Shown piece by piece: positions 30,070 through 42,170 of a stretch of DNA of 64,000 bases. The notes under the pieces were generated by a model. The model made no database searches. It was not told where the DNA came from and worked only from the letters and a program-made list of their open reading frames with translations. How positions within the stretch are numbered: the stretch's first letter is position 1; every line of letters begins with the position of its first letter. This stretch comes from an uncultured Acidobacteriota bacterium (GTDB lineage: Bacteria; Acidobacteriota; Vicinamibacteria; Vicinamibacterales; UBA2999), in contig CAWJMJ010000016.1 in the NCBI GenBank assembly GCA_963843885.1, positions 193,168 through 257,167 of the forward strand, given 5' to 3'. The position numbers and the translations under genes were made by a program.

Positions 30070-31225
30070 TCAGCGCACGGTGTGCAGCACGTCGAGGTAC
30101 TTCAGCGCGCCGCCGGTATTGAACAGCACCACCGTCTCGTGCCGGTGCATCCTGCCCGACGGCGACGAGCGCGCGGATGGCCGTGAGCGCGGCGCCGCCC
30201 TCGGGCGCGGCCGAGATGCCCTCGAGGCGGCCGATGACCAGCATGTCCTCGACCATCTGCGCGATCCGAGACGGCGAGCGCGGTGCCGCCGCTCTCGCGA
30301 ATGGCGCGCAGGATCAGGAAGTCGCCGATGGCGCGCGGCACGCGCAGGCCGTCGGCCACGGTGGTCGCGTTCTCCCAGGGCGCCGCCGTCTCCGCCCCGG
30401 TCTCGAACGCGCGCACGATCGGCGCGCAGCCCTCGGCCTGCACCGACACCATCTTCGGGCGCTTCGGCGCCGATCCAGCCGATGCGCTTCCATCTCCTCG
30501 AACGCCTTCCACATGCCGACGAGGCCGGTGCCGCCGCCGGTGGGATAGATGATCCAGTCGGGCAGCTCCCAGCCGAGCTGCTCGGCGAGCTCGTAGCCCA
30601 TGGTCTTCTTGCCCTCGACGCGGTACGGCTCCTTCAGCGTCGAGACGTTCGTACCACCCGAGCGGCTTGCCCTTTTCGGCGGCCATGCGGCCGGCGTCGG
30701 TGATCAGCCCGTCGACCAGCGTGACGTGGGCGCCGTAGAGGCGGCATTCGTCGACGAACGGCTGCTTGGCGTCCTTCGGGATGAAGACCTCGCAGCGCAG
30801 GCCGGCGGCAGCCGCGTAGGCGGCCGCGGCGTTGCCGGCGTTGCCGGCCGTGGGCAGCGCAATCGTGTCGGCGCCGAGCGCCTTGGCGCGCGTGATGGCG
30901 GCCGACTGGCCGCGCGCCTTGAACGAGTTGGTCGGGATTGAGCGACTCGTCCTTGATGAACAGGCGGTCGAGGCCGACGGCGGCGCCGAGACGCCGCGCG
31001 TGCAGCAGCGGCGTGAAGCCTTCACCGAGCGTGACCGGCGCGTCGCCGGCAGCAGGGGCAGCATCTCGCGGTAGCGCCACATGTTCGGCTCGCGGCCGGC
31101 CAGGACTGTCTCGCGACCACGCCCGCGCCGTCCTCGAGGTCGTAGCGGGCGAGCAGGGGAAGCGCCGCAGGCCGGCACAGGAAGTGACGCTCGCGCGGGT
31201 CGAACGGCCCGGCGCCGCACGGCAC
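30070..31225 (-). CDS. thrC: threonine synthase (frame broken many times)
   Basis: N-terminal zinc-ribbon-like PCGAGPFDP...LLARYDLE, MWRYREMLP, VTLGEGFTPLL, ESLNPTNSFKARG (PLP lysine motif), LPTAGNAGNAAAAYAA, IIYPTGGGTGLVG, VVLFNTGGALKY. Confidence 0.88.
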
Positions 31226-31281
31226 ACTAGCATTCGAGGTGGGTGAAATACATGGTGGCCTGGATGGCGCCGCCGGAACGG

Positions 31282-32664
<1,383 letters not shown>

Positions 32665-32684
32665 TCAACGACATCTAGGCGGGC

Positions 32685-32690
32685 ATTATA
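32685..32690 (-). promoter_or_regulatory. candidate -10 box (TATAAT) for pyrH
   Basis: The plus strand reads ATTATA, which is TATAAT on the minus strand, about 43 nt upstream of the pyrH ATG and just downstream of the tsf hairpin. Confidence 0.35.
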
Positions 32691-32699
32691 GGTCAGACC

Positions 32700-32731
32700 G
32701 ACGCGACGCCGGAGAATGCCGGCGTCGCGTC
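32700..32731 (-). terminator. perfect 13-bp stem hairpin 10 nt downstream of the tsf stop (terminator or attenuator, no U-tract)
   Basis: GACGCGACGCCGG (32700-32712), loop AGAATG, CCGGCGTCGCGTC (32719-32731). Confidence 0.45.
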
Positions 32732-32740
32732 GCCGACTGC

Positions 32741-33345
32741 TTACTCGATGGTTTCGCCGAGCTTGAAGCGGACGAAGCGCGTGACGGTGATGTTCTCGCC
32801 GGTCTTGGCGGTGGCCGCCTGCAGCATCTGCTGGATGGTCACGCTCGGGTCGCGCACCGACGGCTGCTCGAGCAGGCAGATCTGCGCGTAGAAGCTCCCG
32901 AGCTTGCCCTCGACGATCTTGTCGATGACCTGCGCCGGCTTGCCGGAGCCTGCGAACTGCGCGCGGTAGATGTCCTTTTCCTTCTCGAGCTCGGCGGCCG
33001 GCACCTCCTCGCGGCTGCACGAAGCGCGGGTCGGCGGCGGCGATGTGCATGGCGATTTCCTTGGCCAGCGCCTGGAAGTCGTCGGTGCGGGCGACGAAGT
33101 CGGTCTCGCAGTTCACTTCGACCAGCACGCCGACCTTGCCGCCCATGTGGATGTAGTGGCCGACCACGCCTTCCTTGGTGGCGCGCCCGGCGCGCTTGGC
33201 CGCGGTGGCCAGGCCCTTCTTGCGCAGGAGCTCGAGCGCCTTCTCGGGGTCGCCGTCGGCTTCCGCGAGGGCGACCTTGCAGTCCATCATGCCGGCGCCG
33301 GTCTTGTCGCGCAGCTGCTTCACCATGTTCTGCCGTGATTGCCAT
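32741..33345 (-). CDS. tsf: elongation factor Ts (frame broken)
   Basis: [92 protein letters not shown]. Confidence 0.9.
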
Positions 33346-33407
33346 CTCGTCTCCATCGAGGCGCCGGCGAGCGCCGGGTTGCGGTCGCGCCGATCGTGCG
33401 GCGCGGT

Positions 33408-33445
33408 ACAAAGAAAGCCGGCCGGAGTTCCGCTCGCGGCCGGCG
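33408..33445 (-). terminator. intrinsic terminator or attenuator between rpsB and tsf
   Basis: The minus strand reads GCCGGCCG-(12-nt loop)-CGGCCGGC followed by TTTCTTTGT. Confidence 0.55.
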
Positions 33446-33466
33446 TGTGCGATCGACGCGACGCCG

Positions 33467-34320
33467 CTAGGCCGTCGGAGTCGGGGTGGGTCGGCGGCCG
33501 GGCGGCGCGTCGGGGCGCTGCGGACGGCGCACCGCGCCGGGACGCACCGTGCGCGCGCGCGTCGTCGGCGGCGGCCTGGTCGGCCTGCGCGGCGGCCTGT
33601 TCGGCGCGCCGCGATTCGCGTTCGGCCTGGCCGTCGAGCACCGACGTCGGCGACGCGCGCCGCAAACAGCTTGATCGAGCGCAGGGCGTCGTCGTTGCCG
33701 GGAATCACGAAGTCGACCTCATCGGGGTCGCAGTTGGTGTCGACGATGCCGATCACCGGAATCTTCAGCTTGCGCGCCTCGTCGACGGCAATCTTTTCCT
33801 TCCGGGTGTCGACCACGAAGAGCGCGTCGGGCAGCCGCGACATGTTGCGGATGCCGTCGAGGTTCTTCTGCAGCTTGCTTCTTTTCCTTCTCGGCCTTGC
33901 GCGATCTCCTTCTTCGGCATCGACCTCGTAGCGGCCGTCGGTGGCCATGGCTTCGAGATCGCGGAGACGCGCGATGCTGCGCTGGATGGTGGAGAAGTTG
34001 GTCAGCAGGCCGCCCAGCCAGCGCTCGTTGACGTAGTACATCCCGCAGCGCGCGGCTTCGTCGGCGATGACGTCCTGCGCCTGCCGCTTGGTGCCGACGA
34101 ACAGGATGGTCTTGTCTTCGGCGACGAGCTGACGAACGTAGTCCTCCGCCTCGCGGAACAGCTTGACCGTCTTGCCGAGGTCGAGAATGTAGATGCCGCT
34201 GCGTTCGCCGAAGATATACGGCTTCATCTTCGGGTTCCAGCGCTTCGTCTGGTGACCGAAGTGCACACCTGCCTCGAGCAGGTCCTTCATCGCGAGTGGG
34301 GCCAAGCGTCCTCCATCCAT
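33467..34320 (-). CDS. rpsB: 30S ribosomal protein S2 (frame broken in the C-terminal part)
   Basis: [81 protein letters not shown]. Confidence 0.92.
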
Positions 34321-34326
34321 CGGTCG

Positions 34327-34720
34327 TTACCGCTTGCTGAACTGGAACCGCTTGCGGGCTCCGGCCAGACCGTATTTCTTGCGTTCCTTGGCTCGCGCGT
34401 CGCGCGTCAGGAGCCCTTCCTTCTTCAACTTGCTGCGCAGCTCGAGGTCGAACGCGCACAGCGCGCGCGAGATGCCGAGGCGAATGGCGCCGGCCTGACC
34501 GGCCACGCCGCCGCCGGCGACCGTGCACAGCACGTCGAACTTCTCGCCGGTCTCGGTGAGGTATCAGCGGCGTCTTGACGGCGATGCGCAGCGACTCGGT
34601 GGGGAAGAACTCGGCGAATTCGCGCCGGTTGACGGTGATGGCGCCCGTCCCGGGACGCAGGAACACGCGGGCCGTGGACGTCTTGCGGCGGCCGGTTGCG
34701 TAATACTGAAGTGCGGCCAA
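34327..34720 (-). CDS. rpsI: 30S ribosomal protein S9 (one frame break; TTG start inferred)
   Basis: [72 protein letters not shown]. Confidence 0.88.
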
Positions 34721-34721
34721 G

Positions 34722-35155
34722 TTATGACGACCTCGAACGAAACCGGTTGCTGCGCCGCATGCGGGATGCGTGGCGCCGGCGTAGACCTTGAGTTTTCCGT
34801 ACATCGCGTCGCCGAGCGTGGTCTTCGGCAGCATGCCGCGCACGGCTTCTTCCACCAGGCGCGCCGGCTGGCGCGAGCGGACGACCTTGGCGCGTTCTTC
34901 GCGCAGGCCGCCTTCGTAGCCCAGTGGTGGCGGTAGATCTTCTGATCTTCCTTGCGGCCGGTCAGCTTGACCTTGGCGGCGTTCACGATCACGACGTGGT
35001 CCCCGGTGTCGAGGAACGGCGTGTAGGTCGCCTTGTGCTTGCCCTGAAGCATCTTGGCCGCGGCAGTGGCGATGCGCCCGAGAACCTTGCCCTCGGCGTC
35101 GATCACGTGCCAGCGGCGCGTCACCGTTCGCGGGTGTCGCCACATACGTTCGCAT
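34722..35155 (-). CDS. rplM: 50S ribosomal protein L13 (frame broken)
   Basis: [87 protein letters not shown]. Confidence 0.9.
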
Positions 35156-35200
35156 CGTTACAGTATCCTTCTAGTCCTGCCGACTGCACGGCAAACCCAA

Positions 35201-35230
35201 ATAATACGCCCGTTTCCAGAAAACGGTCAA
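35201..35230 (-). promoter_or_regulatory. candidate sigma-70 promoter for rplM-rpsI-rpsB
   Basis: The minus strand reads TTGACC-(18 nt)-TATTAT, about 45 nt upstream of the rplM ATG. Confidence 0.4.
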
Positions 35231-35509
35231 GCGCCAAAGTCCGGACTGGTCAGCGCGACGTCCCGGCCGCACGGCCGACACGGATGCCCTGATCACTGAT
35301 GATGAGCGCTGCACACGAACACCGGTGAGTATGCACGCGCTGCACGCCGACGCACGATATTGCCGGCCAGCTCGGTGATGGCGCGCGCAGCTGCACGCGA
35401 TTAACCGAAATTATCCATAAGTCCGCCAGCAACGCTTGTGCGAAGCTGGTGCCGCCGATACGGTTCGCGTAGTGACGAAGATGGTGTCGCCAGCCGCGAC
35501 GGAAAAAAT

Positions 35510-35524
35510 TGTCAGTCGCTGACA
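35510..35524. repeat. inverted repeat TGTCAG-TCG-CTGACA flanked by an A-run and a T-run
   Basis: AAAATTGTCAG TCG CTGACAGTTTT forms an 11-bp stem if one G:T pair is allowed. It lies ~100 nt upstream of the sigma-54-like element. Confidence 0.5.
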
Positions 35525-35620
35525 GTTTTGTAAGTGCGGGAACTGACACCTGAGGATCGGCACACCGACACCTGGAGCCGATTTCGGGGCAATTCGAGCG
35601 GCACGACAAGGTTTTCGCGT

Positions 35621-35635
35621 TGGTATCAGGTTTGC
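35621..35635 (+). promoter_or_regulatory. sigma-54-like -24/-12 element upstream of pilM
   Basis: TGGTATCAGGTTTGC compared with consensus TGGCAC-N5-TTGC. The GG and GC are correctly spaced. It lies 62 nt upstream of the pilM GTG. Confidence 0.35.
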
Positions 35636-35696
35636 CCTACGGGGTGCGGCGAGTGCCGGATGCAGGGCCTCCGGCGATGAAAAGGAAGGCGGCGTA

Positions 35697-36762
35697 GTGT
35701 TCTTCAACAGAAGCAAGCCGGTCGTCGGCCTCGACATCGGCTCGAGCGCCGTCAAGGCCATCGAGCTCAAGCCCGTCGGGACGCGGCTTCAAGGTCGTCG
35801 GCCATCGGCGTCGAGCCGGTGCCGCCCGACAGCATCGTCGATGGCGCCATCATCGACGCCAGCGCGGTGACCGACGCCGTCCGCCGCGTGCTTCAGTCGC
35901 CACCGCATTCAAGGCCAAGGACGTCGTGGCCTCGCTGTCGGGCAACTCGGTCATCGTCAAGAAGATCACCCTGCCGGTGATGACCGACGACGAGCTGAGC
36001 CGAGTCGATTCACTGGGAAGCCGAACAGTACATCCCGTTCGACATCCAGGACGTCAATCTCGACTACCAGATCCTCACGCCGGCATCGCCGCAGCGGCAG
36101 GGCACGATGGAAGTGCTGCTGGTCGCGGCGAAGAAGGACAAGATCGCCGACTACACCGGCGTCGTGACCGCCGTCGGGCGCACGGCCGTCGTCGTCGACG
36201 TCGACGCCTTCGCGCTGCAGAACGCCTTCGAGGCCAACTACGGCGTCGAGCCCGGCCGGGTGGTGGCGCTCGTCAACGTCGGCGCCAGCGCCACAACATC
36301 AACCTCGTGTGCGACGGCACGTCGCTCTTCACCCGCGACGTCGCGCATCGGCGGCAACGCCTTCACCGAAGCCGTCCAGAAGGAACTGGGCCTGCCGTTC
36401 GAGGGCGCCGAGGACGCTAAGAAGGGGCATGCCGGTCGACGGCGTCAGCGCCGAGGACCTCCGGCCGGTGCTGCAGCGCGGTCACGGACAACGTGCTGCT
36501 CGAAATCGAGAAGACGTTCGACTTCTTCAAGGCCACCTCGACCAACGACCGCATCGACCGCATCATGCTGAGCGGCGGCGCCTCGCGCGTCGACAGTTCG
36601 ACCAGGCGCTGCACGAGCGGCTCGGCGCGAGGTCGAGCACTTCGATCCGTTCAAGATCGTGCGATCGACCCGGCCGCCCTCCAGGCCGGGCAGGCCGCCG
36701 ATTTCGCGCCGCTCTGTGCCGTCGCCCTCGGCCTGGCGCTCCGCAAAGGCGGTGACCGGTGA
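35697..36762 (+). CDS. pilM: type IV pilus assembly protein PilM (frame broken many times)
   Basis: [113 protein letters not shown] precedes the GTG. Confidence 0.88.
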
Positions 36763-37392
36763 TTCGCATCAACCTCGTCGCCGCGCAGACGCCCGTCAAG
36801 GTCCGGGCGCCGCATCGACACGGCCCAGAAGATCGCGCTGGGCGGCAGCCTGATCGTGTTGCTGGCCGTGGCCTTCGTTGGCTGGAGCTACTGGTCGCTG
36901 GAGCAGACGGCCGCCCAGGTCGAGCGCGATATCGAGGAGCGCACCCGCGAGGAAGCACGGCTGGTCCAGGTCATCGCCGAGGTCCGCGACTTCGAGGCGC
37001 GCCGCGAGCGGCTGCAGCAGCGGGTCACGCTCATCGAGGAACTGCGGCGCGGCCAGACCGCGCCGGTGCACATCCTCGATCAGGTCAGCCTGGCGCTGCC
37101 CGAGATGGTGTGGCTCACCAAGCTGTCGCAGACCGGCTACGACATCACGCTCGAGGGCAACTGCCTGACGCTGACCGCGTTGTCGGATTACGTCGGCGCG
37201 CTCGAGCACTCGCGCTACTTCACCCGGCCGGTCGAGATCATCAACAGCGAGGTCGTGCCGGCTACGGCGACCACGCCCGAGCTCATCAAGTTCGTCATCA
37301 AGGGCGGGTTCCAGATGTCGGGACTGCACGCGCCGGCCCCGCCGGCGGCTCCGGCGGGCGCGCCGGCGGCCAAGGGAGGCGCCCGTGGCTAA
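36759..37392 (+). CDS. pilN: type IV pilus assembly protein PilN (one frame break near the 5' end)
   Basis: MIRINLV, TM segment, then coiled-coil EARLVQVIAEVRDFEARRERLQQRVTLIEELRRGQTAPVHILDQVSLALPEMVWLTKL. Confidence 0.85.
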
Positions 37393-38001
37393 CCTGGCCA
37401 TGAACAAGCTGCCCTGGTGGGGGCAGTTGCTGGTGTTCGTCGTCGTCGGCGTGGCCATCGTCGGTTCGGCTACTTCTACATGTGGGAATGGCCCCAGCAG
37501 GAAGCCCTCGACGTGCGGCGCGGCACGAACTCGCGGCCATTCAGGGCCGCATCGACAAGGGCATGGAGACGGCGCGCAAGCTGCCGGAGTTCCGGGCCCA
37601 GGTGGGCGACGCTCGAGGGGAAGCTCGACAGCCTGAAGGCGATCCTGCCGGAAGAGAAGGACGTGGCCGATCTGCTGCGCCGCATCCAGACGCTGGCGGC
37701 GCAGTCGAACCTGACCATCCGCCACTTCCGGCCGCGCGCCATCACGGCCAAGGAACTGCACGCCGAGTGGCCGATCGAAATCGAGGTCGAAGGGGCGTAT
37801 CACAGTGTCGGTCTGTTCCTCGACCGCGTGGCCAAGCTGCCGCGCATCATCAACGTCGGGTCGATCGAGATGACCGGCGCCCCGCCGCGGCCCGGTTCCG
37901 CGGCCACCGTCAAGGTGACCTGCACCGCCATGACCTTCGTGCTCAACGACCAGCCCACTGGAGCGCCCGCACCCGGAGTGCCGGCGAAGAAAACCGAATG
38001 A
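37385..38001 (+). CDS. pilO: type IV pilus assembly protein PilO (frame broken)
   Basis: LPWWGQLLVFVVVGVAIVG, LKAILPEEKDVADLLRRIQTLAAQSNLTIRHFRP...EWPIEIEVEGAYHSVGLFLDRVAKLPRIINV. Confidence 0.85.
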
Positions 38002-38478
38002 AGTCCTTCGTGATCGTGTTCACCTTGGCGCTGGCCCCCGCGGCGTCGCTCGGCGCGCAGGCGCCGGCGCCGGCCGCCGCCCCCGCCGCCGCCCCAAGCG
38101 GATCTGCCGTCGCCGGACCCGGACTACACCTACAGCTCGGGCGGCCGCCGCGACCCGTTCATGAGCCTGGCGACGCCCAAGGGCCCGCTGCTGCAGACGG
38201 TGCCTGGCACCGCCAAGGGCGCGGCCGGCATCGCCGTCGATGAGCTCGTGGTCAAGGGCATCGTGCTCTCGAACGGCAGCTACGTGGCGATGGTGGCCGG
38301 CGCGGGCGGCAAGACCCAGACCTACACCGTCAAGGCCGGCAGCCGATTGTGGGATGGCATGGTGCAGTCGATCGCCGCCGATGCCGTCGTGATTCTCCAG
38401 CAGGTCAGTGATCCGCTGTCACTCGAAAAGCAACGCAGTGTGCGCAAGACGCTGCGCACCCAGGAAGAGGGCAAATGA
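37998..38478 (+). CDS. pilP: type IV pilus assembly protein PilP-like (one frame break)
   Basis: Signal peptide MKSFVIVFTLALAPAASLGAQA. RRDPFMSL, DELVVKGIVLSNGSYVAMVAGAGGKTQTYTVKAGSRLWDGMVQSI. Position between pilO and pilQ. Confidence 0.75.
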
Positions 38479-40427
38479 TGCTCGGCCGAATCGCTCCACT
38501 CGTGACGGTTGCCGCGTGTGTCGCCGCGCTCGCGGGACATGTCGCCGCCGTCGATGCCACGTCGAGTGGTGCGGAGTTCCCGCACCTCCGCGCGGTGTCC
38601 GCCCGCGACGACGGCGGCGTCAGCGCGGTCGTCATCGAGGCGACCGAGCCGGTGGCCTACGTCACCTCGCAGCCCGACCCGCTGACCGTGCTCGTCGACC
38701 TGCGCAATGTGCGGGCCGGCGGCATCAAGGCCGGCGCGACGGCCCGCGAGCTGACCCCGCTGCGCGGGGTGCGCGTCGAGGAAAGCACGGCGGCCGACGG
38801 CACGCCGGTCGCCCGCGTCCGCGTCACCCTCGAGCGCGCCACCGCCCACCGGGTGCGCACCTCGCGCAACCTGATCGTGGTCGAAGTGGACCGCCAGGCC
38901 CCGGCCCGGGCCGACGACGCCCGCGTCGTCGGCCGCTGCCCTGGTCAAGACGGTCGCTGTGGCCGCCGCGCCCGAGCCCGCACCGGCCGCACCGAGCCGC
39001 ACAGCGGCGCGGCGAAGCTGGCCGGCGCTGCCCGTAGCGCTCGCGGCCGCGACGGTGCCGGCAGCCGTTGCCGTGCCCGTCGCCACGGCGACGGCGCCCG
39101 CCCCAGCGGCCCAGGCCCAGAGTGCGATGGTGGCGGATCCGCGGCACCGACCGCGCCGGACGCAAGTTCACCGGCCATCCGGTCTCGCTCGATTTCCAGG
39201 GCGCCGACCTGCGCGCGGTGCTCCGCACCTTCGCGGAGATCAGCGGCCTGAACATCGTCATCGACCCGACCATCCAGGGCACCGTCGATGTCGTCGCTGC
39301 GCGACGTGCCGTGGGATCAGGCGCTCGACATCATCCTGCAAGCGCCAACAAGCTCGGCTACTTCGTCGACGGCACGATCGTCCGCATCGCGCCGCTGACC
39401 GTGCTGGCCGACGAGGAAGCGCAGCGCCGCAAGCTGACGGACGAGCAGGCGCTCGCCGGCGAGCTGCGCGTGCATGACCCGCGCCCTCAGCTACGCCAAG
39501 GGCCGAGGACCTGCGGCCCATGCTCACCGCGCAGCGCGCTGTCGACGCGCGGCGAAGTGCAGGTCGACGCGCGCACCAACACGCTGATCATCCGCGACCT
39601 GCCGGACCGGCTCGACCGCGGCCGACGCGCTGATCACCACGCTCGATCTGCCGCAGCCGCAGGTCGAGATCGAAGCGCGCATCGTGCAGACGACCCGCGA
39701 CTTCGCCCGCAACCTCGGCGTGCAGTGGGGCGTCAGCGGCCGCGTCATCGCCGGCGCTCGGCAACACCACCGCCGCTGGCCTTCCCGAACAACGGCAGCA
39801 TCACCGGCCGCACCGCGCGGCGGTCGCAGGGCCCCGACGGCGTGCCGCCAACGGCGTCAACCTCGGCGTGGCCAGCGACCTCGAGCGCGCTCGGCCTGGC
39901 GCTCGGCTCGATCAACGGCGCGCTCAATCTCGACGTCGCGCTGTCGCGCGCTCGAACGGTCGGGGCAAGGCCGCCTGCTCTCGACGCCGCGCGTGTCGAC
40001 GCAGAACAACGTCGAAGCCGAGATCACGCAGGGCGTGCAGATTCCGATTCAGACCGTCGCCAACAACACCGTGACGGTCACCTTCAAGGACGCCGCGCTG
40101 ACGCTGAAGGTCACGCCGCAAATCACCGCCGCCGAACACGGTGATCATGCGCATCTCGGTCGAGAACGCCTCGCCCGACTTCAGCCGCGCCGTCAACGAC
40201 ATCCCGCCCATCGACACGCAGCGCGCCGTCACCACGGTGCTCGTCGGCGACGGCGAGACGACCGTCATCGGCGGCATCTACGTGAGCCGCGAGCAGACGG
40301 TCGCAGGACCGCACGCCGCTGCTGTATCGCGCTGCCGCTGCTCGGCTGGCTGTTCAAGCGCGACGACGTCAGCGACGAGAGCCGCGAACTGCTGATCTTC
40401 ATCACGCCCCGCATTACCAAGGGCTGA
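38475..40427 (+). CDS. pilQ: type IV pilus secretin PilQ with N-terminal AMIN domain (frame broken many times)
   Basis: AMIN-like VSAVVIEATEPVAYVTSQPDPLTVLVDLRNV, VSLDFQGADLRAVLRTFAEISGLNIVIDP, TNTLIIRDLPDRLD, PQVEIEARIV, RLLSTPRVSTQNNVEAEITQGVQIPIQ, ETTVIGGIY, LLGWLFKRD...ELLIFITPRI. Confidence 0.9.
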
Positions 40428-40459
40428 CCGACCGAGTCTTCAGCGAGGCAAAGGACATC

Positions 40460-41107
40460 ATGCGAGTCTCGAATTCCACCCAGCGAATGGCGGCGGCTCT
40501 GCTGGCCGCGGCGGCACTTATGACCTCGGCGTGCGGGGAAGTGGCGCGCACCGGGCGGTCGCCCGCCTACCTGATCATCGATGTGCTCGAAGGCGCCAGC
40601 GGCGCCAAGCCCGACGAGTTCTTCGGCAACGTGATGTCGGATGTCGTCACCAATATCAAGGTGAAGGCCGGCGAGACCGAGACGCTCGTGCCGACCGTCT
40701 TCAACGACGTCGGCCGGGGCACGTTCCGACTCGGCCTCAAGGCGCCCGGGCCGGCCGTGCAGCCGACCGCGGCATCGCCCCTGAACGCCATCACGTTGAC
40801 CCGCTACCGGATCGTCTACAAGCGGTCCGACGGTCGCAACACCCAGGGCGTGGACGTGCCCTACGCCATCGACGGCGGCATGACCATCACGGTGCCCTCG
40901 AACGGCACGGCCCAGGGGGTGTTCGATCTGGTGCGCCATTCCGCCAAGAACGAAGCGCCGCTGCGCGCCCTGCGCTCGAACGGCGGCGCCCAGATGATTG
41001 CGACCATCGCCGACATCAGTTTCTACGGCGCCGACCAGGCCGGCAACGAAGTGACCGTGACGGGCTCGTTGTCCATCACGTTCGGCGACTTCGGCGATCC
41101 CCAGTAG
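40460..41107 (+). CDS. lipoprotein, function unknown (215 aa)
   Basis: Intact ORF with lipobox LMTSAC. No recognisable catalytic motif. Lies immediately downstream of pilQ. Confidence 0.6.
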   Translation: MRVSNSTQRMAAALLAAAALMTSACGEVARTGRSPAYLIIDVLEGASGAKPDEFFGNVMSDVVTNIKVKAGETETLVPTVFNDVGRGTFRLGLKAPGPAVQPTAASPLNAITLTRYRIVYKRSDGRNTQGVDVPYAIDGGMTITVPSNGTAQGVFDLVRHSAKNEAPLRALRSNGGAQMIATIADISFYGADQAGNEVTVTGSLSITFGDFGDPQ

Positions 41108-41127
41108 CTTTCGAAAGGACACGAGCC

Positions 41128-42162
41128 GTGACGTTCTCCAATTCACGAGTCATCACCGCGACTCTCGCCGTGATGGCGACCACCGTCCTGATGGCGGGCT
41201 GCACCGTCAAGAAGACGGAGGCGCCGCCCCTGGCCGGTCCGTCGGAGCTGGGGCTCTCGCTGCGCACCACCGCGACCCCCGACATCCTCGACCAGGACGG
41301 GCTGTCGCAGTCGGTCGTGGAGATCGTCGCCCGTGGCCCCGACGGCCGCCCGGCGCGCGCGGTGCCGGTGCGCGTCGAGATCGTGGTCAACGGCGTGGCC
41401 ATGGACTACGGCCGGCTGTCGAGCCGCAACGTCGTCACCGGCGACGACGGCATGGCCCGCCTCACCTACACCGCGCCGCCGGCGCCCAGCGAGGCGGTCG
41501 ACACCTTCACCATCGTCACCCTCTACCTGACGCCAGTGGGCGGCGACTACCAGGGCTCGAATTCCCGCTCCGTCGAGATTCGCCTCGTGCCTCGGGGCGT
41601 GATTCGGCCGCCCAACGGCGCGCCGGTGCCCGCGTTCATCGTCACGCCGACGCCGGTCACCACCTTCACCCCGGTCACCTTCGATGCCTCGAGCACCAAG
41701 GACGAAGGTCAACCCTGCGGCTCGACGTGCAGCTATGCATGGGACTTCGGCGACGGCTCGTCGGCGACCGGCATGATCGTGTCGCACGAGTTCCGCACGC
41801 CCAGCAGCTTCACCGTGCGTCTCACCGTCGTCGACGACCGTGGCACGGCGGCCACCCTGGCGCAGGCCGTGTCGGTGACGGCCACCGAGAAGCCGAAGGC
41901 CGACTTCGTCTTCTCGCCGACGGCGCCCAAGGCCGGCCAGGACATCTTTTTCAACGCGGCCTCGTCGACCGCCGCGCCCGGCCACAAGATCGTGGCCTAT
42001 GATTGGGACTTCGGCTCCGGCCGTACCGGTACCGGCATGACCATCGCCAAGCGCTACGACACGCCCGGAACCTATGCCGTGACGCTCACGGTGGTCGATG
42101 ACACCTTCTCGCCTGGCGGGACGGCGGTGACGACGAAGACCGTGACCGTCAGCGTCCCTTAA
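41128..42162 (+). CDS. lipoprotein with Ig-like domain and two PKD-like domains
   Basis: GTG start with lipobox VLMAGC. Big-like segment QSVVEIVARGPDGRPARAVPVRVEIV. Two PKD signatures: YAWDFGDGSSATG...FTVRLTVVDDRG and YDWDFGSGRTGTG...YAVTLTVVDD. Confidence 0.7.
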   Translation: MTFSNSRVITATLAVMATTVLMAGCTVKKTEAPPLAGPSELGLSLRTTATPDILDQDGLSQSVVEIVARGPDGRPARAVPVRVEIVVNGVAMDYGRLSSRNVVTGDDGMARLTYTAPPAPSEAVDTFTIVTLYLTPVGGDYQGSNSRSVEIRLVPRGVIRPPNGAPVPAFIVTPTPVTTFTPVTFDASSTKDEGQPCGSTCSYAWDFGDGSSATGMIVSHEFRTPSSFTVRLTVVDDRGTAATLAQAVSVTATEKPKADFVFSPTAPKAGQDIFFNAASSTAAPGHKIVAYDWDFGSGRTGTGMTIAKRYDTPGTYAVTLTVVDDTFSPGGTAVTTKTVTVSVP

Positions 42163-42170
42163 GACACACC

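Noticed and set aside
38930-39130. Low-complexity GCC/GCG-rich DNA repeat inside pilQ
   Set aside because: It encodes the Ala/Pro-rich linker between the AMIN domain and the N0 domain, which is common in PilQ proteins. It is not a regulatory repeat.
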